Assembly: GCF_018977255.1 (NCBI RefSeq)
Contig: NW_024704742.1
Location: forward strand, 4,838,001 to 4,902,000
Length of the DNA: 64,000 nucleotides
Direction: 5' to 3'
Source: Callorhinchus milii
Lineage: Eukaryota
Part shown: positions 61,279 through 64,000 of the stretch, piece after piece
Position numbering within the stretch: the first letter of the stretch is position 1
Layout of the letters: each line of letters opens with the position of its first letter
The notes under the pieces: generated by a model
The model's input: only the letters and a program-made list of their open reading frames with translations
Database searches by the model: none
What the model was told of the DNA's origin: nothing
Made by a program: the position numbers and the translations under genes

Positions 61279-63479
61279 CTGTAGTACAGATACAAACGTA
61301 AAATGTTAGCATACCTTTGGGATCCAAGCTTCAAGTAGTTTTGCCCTGTCGCAAACGTTTGATCAGTGAAACCCACATAGGCCCCTTGACAATTTAAGTA
61401 AATCCATATCATTGTTGCTTCACATTACTTTCGTCATCAATTCAAACCACTCTGAACAATCAACACGATGGAAGTTAAACTAAACAGGCCCTGCTCACCC
61501 TAGCTTCCGATTCCCATTAAAACTTTTTATCGTCACTTTTCTCCCTCTTCCACTCCCCCCCCCCACACCCCGTGTGTAGAAGCTCCTGGGAATCACTTCC
61601 TCCCACTATTTCCCTTCACCAAATCTGACACACATCCAGCACGGTGCACAAGAAGCAATGAAAGGGGAAAGGAGGGGAGGAAAAAGCATCAGTGAAAGTG
61701 AAGGGAAAGAGAGAGAGAGAGAGAGAGAGAGACGAGATGGTGAACGTAAGGGAAACAAGTGTAAGTGGGTGTTAAGCGATTAGAATATAAATAGATCAAA
61801 CATGGAGAGTCAGTTCTGGTCAGTCACTAACCTGGAGAAAGATCTGCTGCAATCTTTCAATGCAGTTCTTATACCAGGAGGTGTTAAAATCGATCCCACC
61901 GGTTTCACACCTGGCGAGATGTTCTGTCAGAATCATTATAAAACGCTGTGAAGAACAAAAAATCTTCAGTATTCGCATGAAGAACTCTATGGGGCAAACG
62001 TGAATTTTAATTTTTTTAAAAAAAAAGTAAATCAAGACAAAAGAACCCAACTTGCTACTTTACCTGAAAAACTACAAGGAAAAGGTTCTTTTGTTCACTT
62101 TGAGCAGATTCGACCTTCTCCTGCAGACGTTCAATCTGATCTTCCAGAGGGCCGTCTTCCTCATCACTGTTATCGTAGTCTTCATCACTATCTCGCTTTA
62201 CGAAAATAAGAGACTTTTGTTTACTTTGCAAGCGGTTACAAGTTTAAGACTTGATTTCTCATGCAGTTGCGATGCCTCTGCAGTGAATAGCTGCACAAAC
62301 ACTCACTGTCAAGGCTCACGCAAATATTGGAAGATCGGGAGAGGTACTGGAAGATACCCTACACTGTTGAATTGTATTCCATTGTACACAGGTCCAGGCA
62401 GGTCTGTGTGTCTGCCCAGTAAGCCATGATCCTAGCATTCCCTCTCGTGATTGGCACTGAAAATACTCCTGCTCGCCCTTCATCTATGAGTAAATTTTGA
62501 TAACTCAAACCGCAGAACAAACAGCTTAACGTGAATTATACTCACTCTTTTATGCTGCTTATCTAGTTTATCTTTAGTCTCGTCAAGCTCCTTCTGGACT
62601 TTCAACACATGCTTGTTCATTTTCCTTATGGTGGAATGAAGAATTTCCCAGACATACATCCTGTAGAGCAATCACCAGCGGGGTTAGTATTGTGGAATTT
62701 TTATTTCCAAATCTTATTGCAAGACACCAGAGCACCTACAGCTGTTACACATTACCTAGTAAAATCGGGAGACATCTCCGAGGAGAAGATCCAGTTTGCT
62801 ACTGCAGCACAATCGACAATTTGTGTTCGAATCATTTTATCAACTAACATGGCCATCATCTGCAAAATGAAACGGCAGGAGTCTGATCAAATACGAATAC
62901 ACAATATAATAATAATAATCCCTGCATTTGATATAGCGCCTTATCACGTCTTTGAGACGTCTCAAAGCGCTTCACCAAATGCGCTGTTAAGGAACTGACT
63001 GGATATTTTGTGGGCGAAAGGCAGCAGCCAATTGCGCACAGCAGCGTCCCACAAACAGTCGTGGATTGAGGCCAAATTTCTTTTTTTTTGTCACAATGCG
63101 AACGGTAGCACAGTTCTAAAGCAGAACTAAACCTTAACATTGTTAAAGAGGAGAAAACGCAGAAAGAAGAGGATTTGCCTTTCAAAGACATAGGGATCAG
63201 AAGTTTGGCTATTAAGTTATTAATTCTGAATAAGCACAGCTACAGAATCTAACTCTACCCAAGTAGGTAACCCCAGTTATCCTGTTCAGAAAAGTACTTT
63301 GTAACCCCACAGCCACAATTTTCTCCAGTGTGGGACAGAGGAGGGCAGAGAAGGGTAAAAGCACACACACAAAAAAACAACTTACCTGAGGATGACACTT
63401 CCAGACATCATACATAACTCTTAGAACATGTAACTTGCCGTCATCCCCTTCAGCCAACACCTTAAACACCTCATGAAAT
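61165..63479 (-). CDS. NCBP1: Nuclear cap-binding protein subunit 1 (CBP80), last six coding exons; gene continues past the window end
   Basis: Exons 63479-63386, 62859-62756, 62660-62546, 62195-62064, 61945-61832, 61278-61165 splice in frame. Confidence 0.96.
61709..61732 (+). repeat. (GA)n microsatellite
   Basis: Dinucleotide run. Confidence 0.9.
61832..61945 (-). CDS. NCBP1: NCBP1 exon [10 protein letters not shown]...[15 protein letters not shown]
   Basis: 114 nt, canonical sites. Confidence 0.94.
62064..62195 (-). CDS. NCBP1: NCBP1 exon RDSDED...[25 protein letters not shown]
   Basis: 132 nt, canonical sites. Confidence 0.94.
62546..62660 (-). CDS. NCBP1: NCBP1 exon [18 protein letters not shown]...QHKR
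   Basis: 115 nt, canonical sites. Confidence 0.94.
62756..62859 (-). CDS. NCBP1: NCBP1 exon [26 protein letters not shown]
   Basis: 104 nt, canonical sites. Confidence 0.94.
62906..63078 (-). mobile_element. Deu-type SINE, 3' half
   Basis: Tail and Deu core on the minus strand; a similar fragment lies at 63616-63815. Confidence 0.8.
63386..63479 (-). CDS. NCBP1: NCBP1 exon [31 protein letters not shown]
   Basis: 94 nt, ag/gtaagt sites on the minus strand. Confidence 0.93.
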
Positions 63480-64000
63480 CTATGAAGAATGAATAAAAAC
63501 GGTTAAATATTTACAAGTCGTGGAAAACACGCTCTTTTTTTGTAAGAAAAAAATAAAATGTTGCACATGCAGTAAACCTATTCACCTCCCTCCAATTTTA
63601 CTCCTGCACTTTTTTAATAATAATAATCCTTGCATTTGATGTGGGGCCTTTTCACCTCTTCGAGATGTCTCAAAGTGCTCCACAGAAAATACTGTGAAGT
63701 GAACTGACTGTACATTTTGTGGGTGGAACACAGCAGCAAACAGTCGTGGATTGAGTGATCAAATTATTATTATTTTTTTAAAAATTAAAAGGGATTATTA
63801 TCTCTAGGAAAGCAGCTGCTATCTGGTAGCACTCCCCAAATCAGGAACTCAGGGAATCAGAAGTCACACCCTCCACAGAAAGATGGGAGCACCAATACAC
63901 CAACTGAAGCACACGTGTGTTTAAATAATTTATATCAGTCAAGCAATTAATGGGCAACAGTAAAACACGGAGGGAGGAGGAAGAATTAATGGGGTAGATG

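Overview
Vertebrate genomic DNA, most likely a cartilaginous fish of the chimaera/elephant-shark type. That is inferred from the dense tRNA-headed Deu-type SINE, L2 and CR1 repeats, not proven. Gene order is FSD1L (+, 3' part), a two-coding-exon NEU2/3/4-type sialidase (+), XPA (+, complete) and the 3' end of NCBP1 (-), which lies tail-to-tail with XPA. Positions 1-17723 are a near-identical copy of 30320-48792 and end at a 30-N gap, so the FSD1L 3' end and the sialidase 5' end appear twice. This is most simply an uncollapsed haplotype or contig overlap, and the two copies expose a presence/absence L2 insertion and a palindrome-arm deletion. Notable unexplained structure: an 11-copy 26-bp tandem array in which every unit is a consensus CTCF site, between the sialidase and the XPA CpG island; candidate FSD1L microexons (30, 33 and 4/7 nt); a GC-AG first intron in XPA; opposite-polarity G/C tracts around XPA exon 1; and a sialidase at a locus not syntenic with any human NEU gene. 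Several frameshifts in conserved exons look like consensus errors. All homology calls are from recall of protein families; no search was run.
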